A stretch of DNA of 64,000 nucleotides, taken from an uncultured Chloroflexia bacterium (lineage in GTDB: Bacteria > Chloroflexota > Limnocylindria > Limnocylindrales > CSP1-4). This document shows positions 28,824 through 38,961 of the stretch, piece by piece. The notes under the pieces are model-generated. The model made no database searches and was not told where the DNA came from. It saw only the letters and a program-made list of their open reading frames with translations. How positions within the stretch are numbered: position 1 is the first letter of the stretch; the number at the start of each line of letters is the position of its first letter. Location: the NCBI GenBank assembly GCA_963789865.1, contig CAWBMD010000002.1, forward strand, positions 2,543 to 66,542. The letters are read 5' to 3'. A program made the translations under genes and the position numbers.

Positions 28824-30386
28824 ATGACTCCGGACCGGATCCTCGCCCTCGACGTCGGGACCCAGAGCGTCCGCGCGATGGTCTTCGATCCGGCCGGCAA
28901 CCTGCTGGCGCGGACGAAGGTCCCCATCGAGCCCTACGTCCCGGGTCCGCCCGGCTGCTGCGAGCAGGACCCGGAGCTCTACTGGCGCTCGATCGGCGAG
29001 GCGTGCCGGCAGCTGTGGGCGCTCCCCGAGGGACGGCGGGACGCGATCGCCGGGGTCGCACTGACCACGCAGCGCGGGACGGTGGTGATCACCGATGAGC
29101 AGGGCCAACCGCTCCGCCGCGCGATGGTCTGGCTGGACCGCTGCCGCGCCGAGGGGCTGCCGCGGATCGGCGGCAGGTGGGGCCTGGCGTTCAAGGCGGC
29201 GCGCGTCACGGAGACCGTCGCCACGTTCATGGCCGAGGCCGAGGCGAACGTCCTCCGCCGCGAGGAGCCCGAGACCTGGGCGCGCATCGGCCGCTACCTG
29301 TTCCTGTCCGGGTTCCTGGTCCACCGGCTGACCGGCCGGTTCGCGGACTCCGTCGCCGCCCAGGTGGGCTACGTCCCGTTCGACTACAAGGCGCTGGCCT
29401 GGGCCGGCCCGGGTGACTGGAAGTGGCTGGCGATCCCGACCGAGCGCGCCTGGTTCCCGGACCTGGTGCCGCCGGGCGGGACGCTGGGAACGATCTCCGC
29501 GGCGGCGTCCGAGGCGACCGGGATCCCCGCCGGGCTGCCTCTCATCGCCGCCGCCGGCGACAAGGCCTGCGAGGTGCTGGGATCGGGCGCGCTCGACCCG
29601 CACGTCGGGGCCATCTCGCTGGGGACGACGGCGACCTTCAACACGACCCACCGCCGGTACGTGGAGGTGATCCCCGCGGTGCCGCCGTACCCAGCCGCGA
29701 TCCCGGGCGCCTACAGCCTCGAGGTCCAGGTCTACCGCGGCTACTGGATGATCGAGTGGTTCAAGCGCGAGTTCGGGGCGACCGAGATCGAGCGCGCCCG
29801 GGTTCTCGGGGTGGACACCGAGGCTCTGTTCGACGACCTCATCGCGGTCACGCCGCCCGGATCGATGGGCCTCGTCCTCCAGCCGTACTGGTCGCCGGGC
29901 GTGCGGATCCCCGGGCCGGAGGCGAAGGGTGCCGTGATCGGCTGGGGCGACGTGCACACGCGTGCCCACCTCTACCGCGCGATCCTCGAGGGCCTGGCAT
30001 ACGCCCTGCGCGAGGGCTCCGAGCGAACGGTGCGCAGGACGAAGGTGCCGGTCACGGAGCTGCGCGTGTCCGGTGGCGGCAGCCAGAGCCCGGCGGCCGT
30101 GCAGCTCACCGCGGACATCTTCGGCCTGCCGGCATCGCGTCCGCACACCCACGAGACGTCCGGCCTGGGCGCGGCGATCGACGCCGCCGTGGGCCTGGGC
30201 CTGCACCCGTCATTCGAGGCGGCGGTGCCCGCGATGACCCGGATCGCCGAGACGCGGGACCCGGATCCGGCAACCCACGAGATGTACGAGCAGCTGTACC
30301 GCGACGTCTACCTGGAGCTCTACGGGCGCCTCCAGCCGCTCTATACCCGCATCCGGAAGATCACGGGCTACCCGCCGGAGGCCTGA
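28824..30386 (+). CDS. FGGY-family carbohydrate kinase
   Basis: Intact 520-aa ORF: ILALDVGTQSVRAMVFD (N-terminal ATPase motif), IAAAGDKACEVLGSG, LRVSGGGSQSPAAVQLTADIFG (C-terminal FGGY motif). Confidence 0.9.
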   Translation: MTPDRILALDVGTQSVRAMVFDPAGNLLARTKVPIEPYVPGPPGCCEQDPELYWRSIGEACRQLWALPEGRRDAIAGVALTTQRGTVVITDEQGQPLRRAMVWLDRCRAEGLPRIGGRWGLAFKAARVTETVATFMAEAEANVLRREEPETWARIGRYLFLSGFLVHRLTGRFADSVAAQVGYVPFDYKALAWAGPGDWKWLAIPTERAWFPDLVPPGGTLGTISAAASEATGIPAGLPLIAAAGDKACEVLGSGALDPHVGAISLGTTATFNTTHRRYVEVIPAVPPYPAAIPGAYSLEVQVYRGYWMIEWFKREFGATEIERARVLGVDTEALFDDLIAVTPPGSMGLVLQPYWSPGVRIPGPEAKGAVIGWGDVHTRAHLYRAILEGLAYALREGSERTVRRTKVPVTELRVSGGGSQSPAAVQLTADIFGLPASRPHTHETSGLGAAIDAAVGLGLHPSFEAAVPAMTRIAETRDPDPATHEMYEQLYRDVYLELYGRLQPLYTRIRKITGYPPEA

Positions 30387-30653
30387 ACCCGGCACCGGCG
30401 AGGCGGTCGAACGTCACCGGACCATCGGCCCAGCCGACCTCCCCGATCGAGGCATTTGACAGGATCGCCGTCAACACCCATGCTTCGTTGATCGCCCGAT
30501 TGCTCGCGGCCTCCTAGGCTGACGCCCAACACGCGCAACCATCGCCGCGCCGGGTCCATCAATACGCCGCTCCGGCCACCGTCTGTCCGGCCGTTGGAGC
30601 GGCAGGGTCACCGTCCCAATCCGACGGGTCCCGGAAAGGATTCTCACTCTCAC

Positions 30654-30842
30654 ATGTTGTCCCGCGCCACCACGAACGCCGTGGCGTACCGCGCGAGCTC
30701 GATGCGCCGCATGCGACGCCGCGTCGCTGCCGCGAATCGCCCGTACTGCGCCACCAACGGCTGCACCAGCTTCCTCGTCGTCGACGAGCTGGGCGGCGTC
30801 GCCTACTGCGAGATCTGCGGCTACACCCGCAAGCTCAACTGA
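30654..30842 (+). CDS. Small (62 aa) basic protein with a C-terminal C4 zinc-ribbon
   Basis: ATG 30654 within ORF 30594-30842: MLSRATTNAVAYRASSMRRMRRRVAAANRPYCATNGCTSFLVVDELGGVAYCEICGYTRKLN (Cx4C...Cx2C). It is followed by its own hairpin terminator. I found no homolog-based support. Confidence 0.45.
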   Translation: MLSRATTNAVAYRASSMRRMRRRVAAANRPYCATNGCTSFLVVDELGGVAYCEICGYTRKLN

Positions 30843-30875
30843 GCTGACGCGGCGGACCGCCGCCCTCGCCCCTCC

Positions 30876-30903
30876 CGGCCGGCCCCCTGGGCCGGCCGTT
30901 TCA
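30876..30903 (+). terminator. Rho-independent-type terminator hairpin after the small zinc-ribbon ORF
   Basis: cggccggccc (30876-30885) pairs perfectly with gggccggccg (30889-30898) around a 3-nt loop, followed by tttcaatt. Confidence 0.6.
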
Positions 30904-31111
30904 ATTCCCGCCCGTCCAGCCGCCGCGGACGGAGCCCCGAAGTAGGGGCACGACAGAGGCGTCCAACGGTCACCCGAGCGACCCGGCAGCCCATCCCAAG
31001 GAGAGACTGCCCGTGCGTGCATGATGGTCCGCGGAGCCCGGCCGGCCCACGAGAGCCGTCGCCCGAAGCTATCCTCGGGTTGCGCCGCGATGACGACGCC
31101 GTTCCAGGAGA

Positions 31112-32030
31112 GTGGCCTTGGCGATCCCGGACTTCCAGTCGCTGATGGTTCCACTGCTGCGCCTCGCCGCTGACGATGCCGAACACACCCTCGCCAACAG
31201 CGTGGAGGCCCTCGCTGCGGAGTTCGCACTGACGCCGAGCGAGCTCGCCCAGATGAATTCGGCTGGGCGGTCGCGGACGTTCTACAACCGCGTGGCCTGG
31301 GCGTCGACCTACCTTCGGGCGGCGCTCCTCCTCGCCAGCACCGGGCGCGGCCGCTTCAGGATCACCGATCGCGGGGCATCGGTGCTGACGAAGGACCCCA
31401 AGCGGATTGACATTGTCTACCTGATGCAGTTCCCGGAGTTCAGGGCGTCCCGCGGCGGCTCGGGCAAGCCAGCCGGGGTAGCGGGACCTGTCCCGACGGT
31501 CGCCGAGCAGACGCCCGAGGAGGCGTTCGAGTCGAGCTACCAGAGCATCCGGGCCGCCGTCGAGCAGGAGCTGCTGGCCCGCGTGAAGGCCGCGGAGCCC
31601 GGCGTTCTTCGAGCAGCTCGTGGTGGACCTGCTGGTGGCCATGGGCTACGGCGGATCCGAGGCCGACGCCGGCAAGGCCATCGGGCAGTCCGGCGACGGC
31701 GGGATCGACGGCGTCATCAAGGAAGACCGGCTCGGCCTCGACACGATCTACCTCCAGGCCAAGCGGTGGGAGGGCAACGTCGGCCGACCGGTCGTCCAGG
31801 CGTTCGTCGGCAGCCTCGCGGGCCAGCACGCCCGGCGCGGCGTGCTGATCACCACCTCGGACTTCTCGGGCGAGGCCCGCAGGTACGTCCAGGGGATCGA
31901 GCAGCGGATCATCCTCGTCGACGGCAGCGAGCTGGCCCGCCTGATGTTCGAGTTCGGCGTGGGGGTGACGCCCGTCGGATCGCCCTACGTCCTGAAGCGG
32001 GTGGACATCGACTTCTTCGCCGACCTGTAA
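31112..32030 (+). CDS. mrr: Mrr-family type IV restriction endonuclease, one frameshift near 31600
   Basis: The N-terminal Mrr_N winged helix AIPDFQSLMVPLLRLAADD...YNRVAWASTYLRAALLLASTGRGRFRITDRG is in ORF 31112-32740. The catalytic domain FFEQLVVDLLVAMGYGGS...GDGGIDGVIKEDRLGLDTIYLQAKRW...VLITTSDFS is in ORF 31620-32030. The start may be TTG 31118, 6 nt after GGAGA, rather than GTG 31112. Confidence 0.85.
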
Positions 32031-32143
32031 GGATCCCCTGTCCCCGGAGTGGCAATCGGGCTGCGGATCTTCCTCCGAAATCAGCCGACCTGCCACGGTG
32101 GCTATCGATCGCAAGGCGGTGGCCTGACGCGGAGACGTGGCCT

Positions 32144-32654
32144 TCAGCCGACCGGACGCAGCCACCAGCGGCGCTCGCGGACATGCTCGCCGCCCAGCTC
32201 CTCGTCGACGTCCTCTCCGGGCACAAAGCCGCGCGCCAGGTAGAACGTCTCGCCGGCGGCATTCCCCGCCAGGACGTCCGCCGCGACCGGCAGCCCGGGG
32301 TGGGCGCCCATGATCGCGTCCAGCAGCGCCGTGCCCAGGCCCAGGCCGCGCAGCTCCGGGTCCGCGTAGATGGCCACGAGCGTCACCCGGTCCGGCGAGG
32401 ATCTCGCTCTCCGCGAACGCCGAGACCACGCCGTCCAGCTCCGCGACCCATGTCTCGTGGCGCTCGATCCGCAGGCCCACCCGCTCCTCGGAGTAGGCGC
32501 GCTCGAGGAACCACTCGATGGTCTCGTCGCGCAGCAGGTCCCGGTAGGTGGCGCGCCACGCGGCGTCGGCGATCGCGCGGATCGCCGGGGCGTGGGACGG
32601 CGTGGCGCGGCGGACGCGGATCTGCGGCGGCGCCTCGGGCGCGGGGAGGCTCAC
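32144..32654 (-). CDS. GNAT-family N-acetyltransferase, one frameshift near 32390
   Basis: IRVRRATPSHAPAIRAIADAAWRATYRDLL...WVAELDGVVSAFAE is in the frame of ORF 31440-33122. LVAIYADPELRGLGLGTALLDAIM...AGETFYLARGF (acetyl-CoA motif) is in ORF 32144-32386. The candidate GTG start at 32654 overlaps a TGA of the neighbouring frame. Confidence 0.7.
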
Positions 32655-33122
32655 GCGGACAGGGCCGTCCAACCGCGCCAGCTCCTCCGCGAGGACCAGC
32701 GGGCGGCGGTGCTGGCGGTCTGTCGGCGCCTCGGCGTTGAGGCGGGCGATCGCGGCGTTGATCTCGACGACGAGGCGTTCCAGCTCCGCCCGGTCGCGTC
32801 GCCGGCCGAATGCCGACGCGCCCGGCGCCCGCGCGAGGATCGCGTCGCGCCGGTCGAGGAGTGCGCGCGACGTCCTTGTCGGCGAGGATCCACGGCGGCG
32901 CAGCGCCGGCGTTCTTGAGCATCCGGAACGCCATGGCCCACTCCCCGGCGAACGCGTCGTCGACGGCCGGGCAGCGGCTCGCCCCTGGAAGGGGAGGTCA
33001 TCGAACTTGCCGTCGTCCATCGCCTCGCGGATCTGGCGGTCGACGAGGCTCTCCCAGGTGGGCGCCGCCTCGCGCTCGCCGCGCTCGTTGATGCGGTTGG
33101 GGGGCTTCCGCTGGGGTTCCAC
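32651..33122 (-). CDS. DUF1992 (DnaJ-C28-like) domain protein, about 2-3 frameshifts
   Basis: ATG 33122 gives MEPQRKPPNRINERGEREAAPTWESLVDRQIREAMDDGKFDDLPFQG. Then GEPLPG, WAMAFRMLKNAGAAPPWILADKDV and RALLDRRDAILARA...ELERLVVEINAAIARLNAEAP follow across frames (ORFs 31440-33122, 32651-33238, 32383-32934). Confidence 0.7.
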
Positions 33123-33200
33123 GGGCGGAGTCTACGGGGCACGGCGGCTCCACCGCCGTGACAGGCGAGCTGGCACGCGTCCCCCGTACGATGGCCGGCG

Positions 33201-36200
33201 ATGCAGCTGATCGACGGACGCCCCGTCTTCGCCGCCACCGATCTCGTGGGCTTCCTCGCCTGCGGGCACCGGCTCGCCCTCGAGCGGGCGGCGATGGCAG
33301 GCCTCGTCGCGAAGCCGATCCGGAACGATCCCTCGATCGAGCTGATCGCGAAGCGCGGCCTCGAGCACGAGGCGCGCTACCTCGCGGACCTCCGGGCCGA
33401 GGGCCGGACCGTGGTGGAGATCGAGAAGGACGGCTCTGCGGTCGCGGCGCCGGGAGCACCCGGGCGGGATCCGCGCGCCCAGGGATCCCGGGGCGGAGCT
33501 CCGAGCGGCCGCCGCCCAGACCCTCGATGCCATGCGTGCCGGCGCGGACGTCGTCTACCAGGCCACCTTCTTCGACGGGACCTGGCGCGGCCATGCGGAC
33601 TTCCTGCTCCGCCGGGACCACGCGCCGGGCGAGCCCGACAGCGCGTTCGGTCCGTGGCACTACGAGGTGGCCGACACCAAGCTCGCACGCCACGTCAAGG
33701 CGTCGGCGATCCTGCAGGTCTGCTCGTACGTGGAGCAGCTGACGGCGATCCAGGGCCGGCAGCCGGAGTTCCTGTACGTCGTCCTCGGCGGCAGCGCGCG
33801 GCCCGACGGATCGCCGTCGTGTCGACGACTTCATGGCCTACTACCGCCGGGTGAAGCGGGAGTTCGAGGAGGCGGTCGGGCCTTCGCGGCGAGGGGGCGG
33901 CGCCCGCCGCCTACCCGCCCGCCGGCTCGTACCCGGAGCCCGTGGAGCACTGCGACGTCTGCCGCTGGAGCCCGCAATGCCGGGCCCGACGCCGCGCGGA
34001 CGACGACCTGAGCCTCGTCGCCGGGCGCCGCCGCCCGCCAGCGCACCGCGCTCAAGGCCCGCGGCATCGGGACCCGCCGCGGCCTCGCGGGTCTCGAGCT
34101 GCCGATGGCGCCGCCGCTCGAGAACGTCGGCAGGGAGGCCCTCGCGCGCGTCCACGAGCAGGCCCGGATCCAGGTCGCGTCGCAGGACGCCGGCCGGATC
34201 CTGTGGGAGCTGCTCCCCCTGGACCGGGGCGAGGACGGAGAGCCGGTGCCCCTCCGCGGGTTCCTCGGCCTGCCCGCGCCCAGCGAGGGAGACCTGTTCC
34301 TGGACCTCGAGGGGGATCCGTTCGCCCTGGACGACGGGGTGGACTACCTGTTCGGCATCCTGGAGCCGCGTCTGCGCAGAGGACGACGAGCGATGGGCCG
34401 CCGCGGGCGGCGGGCGGACGCCGAAGTTCCACGCGATCTGGAGCCTCGACGCGGAGGGCCACGTCACCTGGGCCTCGGAGAAGGCGGCCTTCGAGGCGAC
34501 CGTGGACCTGATCATGGACCGCTGGGCACGCGACCCGGACCTCCACGTCTACCACTACGCCGCGTACGAGCGGACCGCGCTCGGGCGGCTCGCGCAGCGC
34601 CACGGCACGCGCGAGGAGGAGGTCGACCGCCTGCTCCGCGGCGAGGTGCTGGTGGACCTGTACCGCGTCGTCCGCCAGGGCCTGCGGGCGGGCGTCGAGA
34701 GCTACTCCATCAAGAGGATCGAGCCGCTCTACGCGCTCACCCGGGAGCAGGACCTGAAGGACGCCGGGAGCAGCATCGTCGCGTTCGAGACGTGGCTGGA
34801 GCTGGGTGCGGACACGCCGGTCGGGGACGCGGCCGGGATCCTGGACGGCATCGCCGCCTACAACCGGGACGACGTGCTGAGCAACTGGCGGCTCCGGGAC
34901 TGGCTGGAGGAGCGGCGGCTGGACCTCGAGGCCCGCGAGGGCCGCACGCTCCCCCGCCCGGTGATCGACGACGGGGCGGCCTCGCAGGAGCTGACGGACC
35001 GGGAGCGGCACGTCCTGGAGCTGATGGAGCGCCTGACCGAGGGCGTACCGGCGGATCCGCGTGAGCGGGCGACCGACCCGGACTGCGGCGGGCCGCTGGC
35101 TGCTGGCGCAGCTGCTCGCCTGGCACCGTCGCGAGGACAAGTCCGCCTGGTGGCGCTTCTTCGAGCTGCTGCGCATGACGGACGAGCAGCTGATCGAGGA
35201 GCGGGAGCCGCTCGGCGGGCTGGTGCCCGTCGGCGAGCCGCGAGGCCGAGAAGAGGTCGCTGGTCTACACGTTCGCGTTCCCGCCGCAGGACCACCGCAT
35301 CGACGTGGGCAGCGACGTCGCGGACCCGGTCACGCGCCAAGGACGCCGGTGCCGTGGTGGCCGTGGACGAGGCGAACCGCCGCATCGAGCTCAAGCGCGG
35401 CCCGACGCTTGCCGGGACACGCGCTCCCGACTGCGCTCGTCCCGAACGGCGTCATCCCCACGACGGAGCTGGCGGAGAGCCTGCTGCGGACCGGCGAGCA
35501 GGTCGCGGAGCACGGCCTGACCGATCCCGGCGCGCCGGCGCCGACCCCGGCACCCCGGATCTCGGCGCGGTCCGGGCCCTGCTGCTGCGGACGCCACCCG
35601 GCGACGTCCCGGGCGACGCGATCGTCCGGCCCGGAGAGACACCGCTCGCCGCCGCCCTCCGACTCGCGCCGGACCTCGGCGGGCCGGATCCTCGCCGGTC
35701 CAGGGACCGCCGGGCTCGGGCAAGACCTACACCGGCGCCCACATGATCGTGCGGCTCGCGATGGCCGGGCGGCGGGTCGGCGTGGTCGCCAACAGCCACA
35801 AGGTCATCGGCAACCTGCTCGGACAGGTGGACGAGGTCGCGCGCGGAGCAGCTCGAGCGGCGCGAGATCGGCACGCCTCGTGCGGATCGGCCAGAAGCCC
35901 AAGACGGACCGCGGGCCCACGTTCGGCGGCGCGACGGCGCTCCCGGACAACGCGTCCGTGACGCAGGCGCTGCGGACCGGCGCACGGTCGACGTGGTCGG
36001 GGCCGTCGGCCTGGACCTGGTGCCGGCCCGAGATGGCTCTCCCGGAGCCCGTCCTCGACGTGCTGTTCGTGGACGAGGCCGGTCAGATGAGCCTGGCCAA
36101 CGTCCTCGCGTGCGCGCCGGCCGCCCGCGCGATCGTGCTGCTCGGTGACCCGCAGCAGCTGGACCAGCCCACGCAGGGCAGCCACCCGCCCGGCGCGGAG

Positions 36201-36954
36201 CGGAGCGCGCTCGGCCACATCCTCGGCGACCGGGCGACCATCGAGCCCGTCGGAGGGCCTGTTCCTCGGCGAGACCTGGCGGCTCCACCCGGAGATCTGC
36301 TACGTTCACCTCCGCCGCGTTCTACGAGGACCGCCTGCGGCCGGTCGCCGGGCTGGAACGCCAGCGGATCGACCGGCCGGCGTGCCGGCCACGGCCGCGC
36401 TCGGCGGTACCGGGATGCGGCACGTCCCGGTCGACGCACGCGGGCAACGCCACCGACTCGGCCGAGGAGGCGGCGGCCGTCGTGGCCCTGGTCCGCGAGC
36501 TGCTCGACGCCGGGCGCCACGTGGACCGACCGCCACGGCGACGAGCACCCGGTCGGCCTGGACGACATCGTGATCGTGGCGCCGTACAACGCCCACGTGG
36601 CCGCCATCGAGCGCGCCTTCGCGGACGCGGGGCTCGGCGACCCCTTCGTCGGGCACGGTCGACAAGTTCCAGGGCCAGGAGCGCCCGATCAGCATCTACG
36701 CGATGGGCACGTCCGCACCCGAGGACGCACCGCGCGGGCATGGAGTTCCTGTACTCGCTCAACCGCCTCAACGTGGCCACGTCGCGCGCCCGCTGCGTCG
36801 CGGCCGTGGTCTGCTCCCCGGCCCTGCTCCGGGTCGCCTGCCACACGCCGCGCCAGATGCAGCTGGCGAACGGGCTGTGCCTGGCGGTCGAGGCCGCCGA
36901 GGCGGCGGAGTCCTGCTCCGGCGTGGAAACGCGGTCCGCGTCGCGGCGACCTGA
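33201..36954 (+). CDS. Large multidomain nuclease-helicase: TM0106-type RecB/Cas4-like PD-(D/E)xK nuclease with Fe-S cysteines, an RNase H-fold exonuclease-like domain, and an SF1B (DNA2/Upf1-like AAA_11/AAA_12) helicase. More than 10 frameshifts; 3' end approximate.
   Basis: MQLIDGRPVFAATDLVGFLACGHRLALE...; YQATFFDGTWRGHADFLLRRD...WHYEVADTKLARHVKASAILQVCSY (nuclease core); VEHCDVCRWSPQC (Cys cluster); FLDLEGDPFALDDGVDYLFGI, HVYHYAAYERTALGRL, LVDLYRVVRQ...YSIKRIEPLY (RNase H-fold). Helicase motifs: PGTAGLGQD/GKTYT region, VLFVDEAGQMSLANVL, IVLLGDPQQLDQP, IVIVAPYNAHV, VDKFQGQERPISIY, LNRLNVATSRAR. The pieces are spread over ORFs 33201-33854, 33532-34011, 33833-35746, 34105-35064, 35061-37568 and 36482-37252. 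Confidence 0.8.
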
Positions 36955-36971
36955 CTTATCGTGGCTGGCGC

Positions 36972-38230
36972 ATGACCGCCGCCACCCTCTCCCCCGCCGC
37001 CCTCGACGCCGCGCGCCGCCGCTCCCGGAACACGCTGATCGCCGGTGTCGCGCTGGGCAGCACCGGGCACATCGCGGCGGTCACGGTCGCGACGATCGTC
37101 GCCAAGGACCTGCTCGGGTCGCAGGCGTTCGCGCGGGGCGCCGGGAGCCACCGTCGTCCTGGGCGCCGCTCTCGGCGCGGTGCTGCTGTCCGCGCTCATG
37201 GCGCGGCGAGGCCGACGGACCGGCCTCGTCACCGGCTACTCCGTGGGCGTGATCGGCGCCCTGATCGCCACCGCCGCGGTCGTCACGCGCTCGTTCCCGC
37301 TGCTCCTGCTCGGGACGGTGCTCATCGGCTTCGGCAACGCCGCCAACCAGCTCTCGCGCTACGCGGCCGCCGACATGGTCCCGCCGGAGCGACGGGCCTC
37401 CGCGATCGGCCTCGTCGTCTGGGCGGCGACGGTCGGCTCGGTCGTCGGGCCGTGGCTGGTGCCGATCGCGTCCGACTTCGCCGTCGGCATCGGGCTGCCG
37501 CCGCTCGCCGGGCCCTACCTCGTGCCGGTCGTGTTCGTCGGCCTGGCGGCCGCTGCTCTCGTTCGTGATGCTGCGGCCGGACCCGTACGACCTCGCCGAC
37601 GAGTCCACCCGCGTCGATCCCGACGCCGAGCCCGCGGTCATCCTCCCCGTCCGCGAGATCCTCCGCCGGCCGGCCGTGGCCGCCGCGATCGTGGCGCTGG
37701 TCGTCGGCCAGTTCGTGATGGTGCTGATCATGACGATGACGCCGCTCCACATGACCGAGCACGGGCACGACCTGGCGCGCCGTGGGCCTGGTGCTGTCGG
37801 GGCACACGCTGGGGATGTACGCGTTCTCGCCGCTGTCGGGCTGGCTGTCGGACCGGTTCGGGCGCGTGCCGACGATCTTCCTCGGCGACGACCGTGCTCG
37901 GCGATCGCCTCCGCTGATGGCGGCGCTCGCCCCGCCGGACGGCGGGTTCGTGCTGCTGCTCGCGCTGTTCCTGCTGGGCCTCGGGTGGAGCTTCGGGTTC
38001 GTGGCCGGCAGCGCGATGCTGTCGGAGAACCTCGAGATCCACGAGCGGACGCGGGTCCAGGGCGTCGCCGACGCGCTGATCTGGAGCTCGGCGGCAGCCG
38101 CGAGCCTCGGCTCCGGGCTGATCGTGGCCGCAGTGGGCTACACGGCGCTCGGGATCCTCGGCGCAAGCGCGGTGATCATCCCCATGGTCGTGCTCCGGTG
38201 CGCACCGCCGGACGGTCGCACGCGAGGCCG
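36972..38230 (+). CDS. MFS transporter, about 4 frameshifts; 3' end approximate
   Basis: ATG 36972 gives MTAATLSPAALDAARRRSRNTLIAGVALGSTGHIAAVTV. Then VVLGAALGAVLLSALMARRGRRTGL...LLLLGTVLIGFGNAANQLSRYAAADMVPPERRASAIGLVVWAATVG (ORF 37045-37917); AAAIVALVVGQFVMVLIMTMTPLHM (ORF 37565-39190); VLSGHTLGMYAFSPLSGWLSDRFGR...LFLLGLGWSFGFVAGSAML (ORF 37782-38594). Confidence 0.75.
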
Positions 38231-38325
38231 CCGCCGCGGTCGCGGCGACGGCGACGTCGCGGAGCGAGGCGGCCGACCGTGGCGACCGCAGGCACGGCAC
38301 CCCGGCACCGGCCACGACCTCGGAG

Positions 38326-38894
38326 GTGGACCGGCTCACGTGGGATCCGCGCGCGGTCTCCGGCTCCCGCTACGACGCCGTCCTGTTCACCGACGTGGAC
38401 CTGTCCGACCTCGAGGATCGCGGGGCGTCGTTCGACGCCTGCACGTTCCGGGGCATCCGGTTCAACGCCTCGACCCACATCGACGCCGCGTTCACGAACT
38501 GCACCTTCACGGGCTGCAACTTCTTCGACGCGCCGGTTCACGGCGTGCAAGCTGGTGGGCAGCACGTTCGACCGGTGCGCCTTCGACCTGCTGACGGTCG
38601 AGGGCGGTGACTGGTCCCTGGTCGGCCTGCGCGGCGCGGACCTGCGCAAGGCCTCGCTCCACGGCGTCCGCCTCCGCGAGGCCGACCTCGACCGGCGCCC
38701 GGTTCGAAGGCGGAACCGTCCGGGACACGGACCTGTCGGGCGCCTGGATGCACGGGGCGTCGTTTCGCGGCGCGGACCTGCGGGGCAGCGACCTGTCGGC
38801 GCTGGATCCGCTGCAGTGCGACGTGGCGGAGGCGCTGATCGACGTCGAGCAGGCGATGGTGATCGCGGCCGCGCTGGGCCTGCGGATCGGCTAG
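38326..38894 (+). CDS. Pentapeptide-repeat protein (MfpA/Qnr-like size and repeat pattern), 2 frameshifts
   Basis: GTG 38326. Sequence: AVLFTDVDLSDLEDRGASFDACTFRGIRFNASTHIDAAFTNCTFTGCNFFDA (ORF 38326-38610); CKLVGSTFDRCAFDLLTVEGGDWSLVGLRGADLRKASLHGVRLREADL (frame of ORF 37565-39190); GARFEGGTVRDTDLSGAWMHGASFRGADLRGSDLSALD (ORF 38607-38894). The A(D/N)LxX periodicity runs throughout. Confidence 0.75.
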
Positions 38895-38961
38895 TCGTCG
38901 AGGCCGGATCCGCGCCGGCCGGGACTGCCGGCCCGTCTCAATTCGGCGACGTGACGCGCCC

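Noticed and set aside
32144-33122. DUF1992-GNAT fusion protein suggested by the continuous frame in ORF 31440-33122
   Set aside because: A GTG (32654-32652) at the expected GNAT start overlaps a TGA (32653-32651) in the adjacent frame, the usual GTGA junction of two coupled genes. Given the indel density, a single error just upstream would create the apparent fusion.
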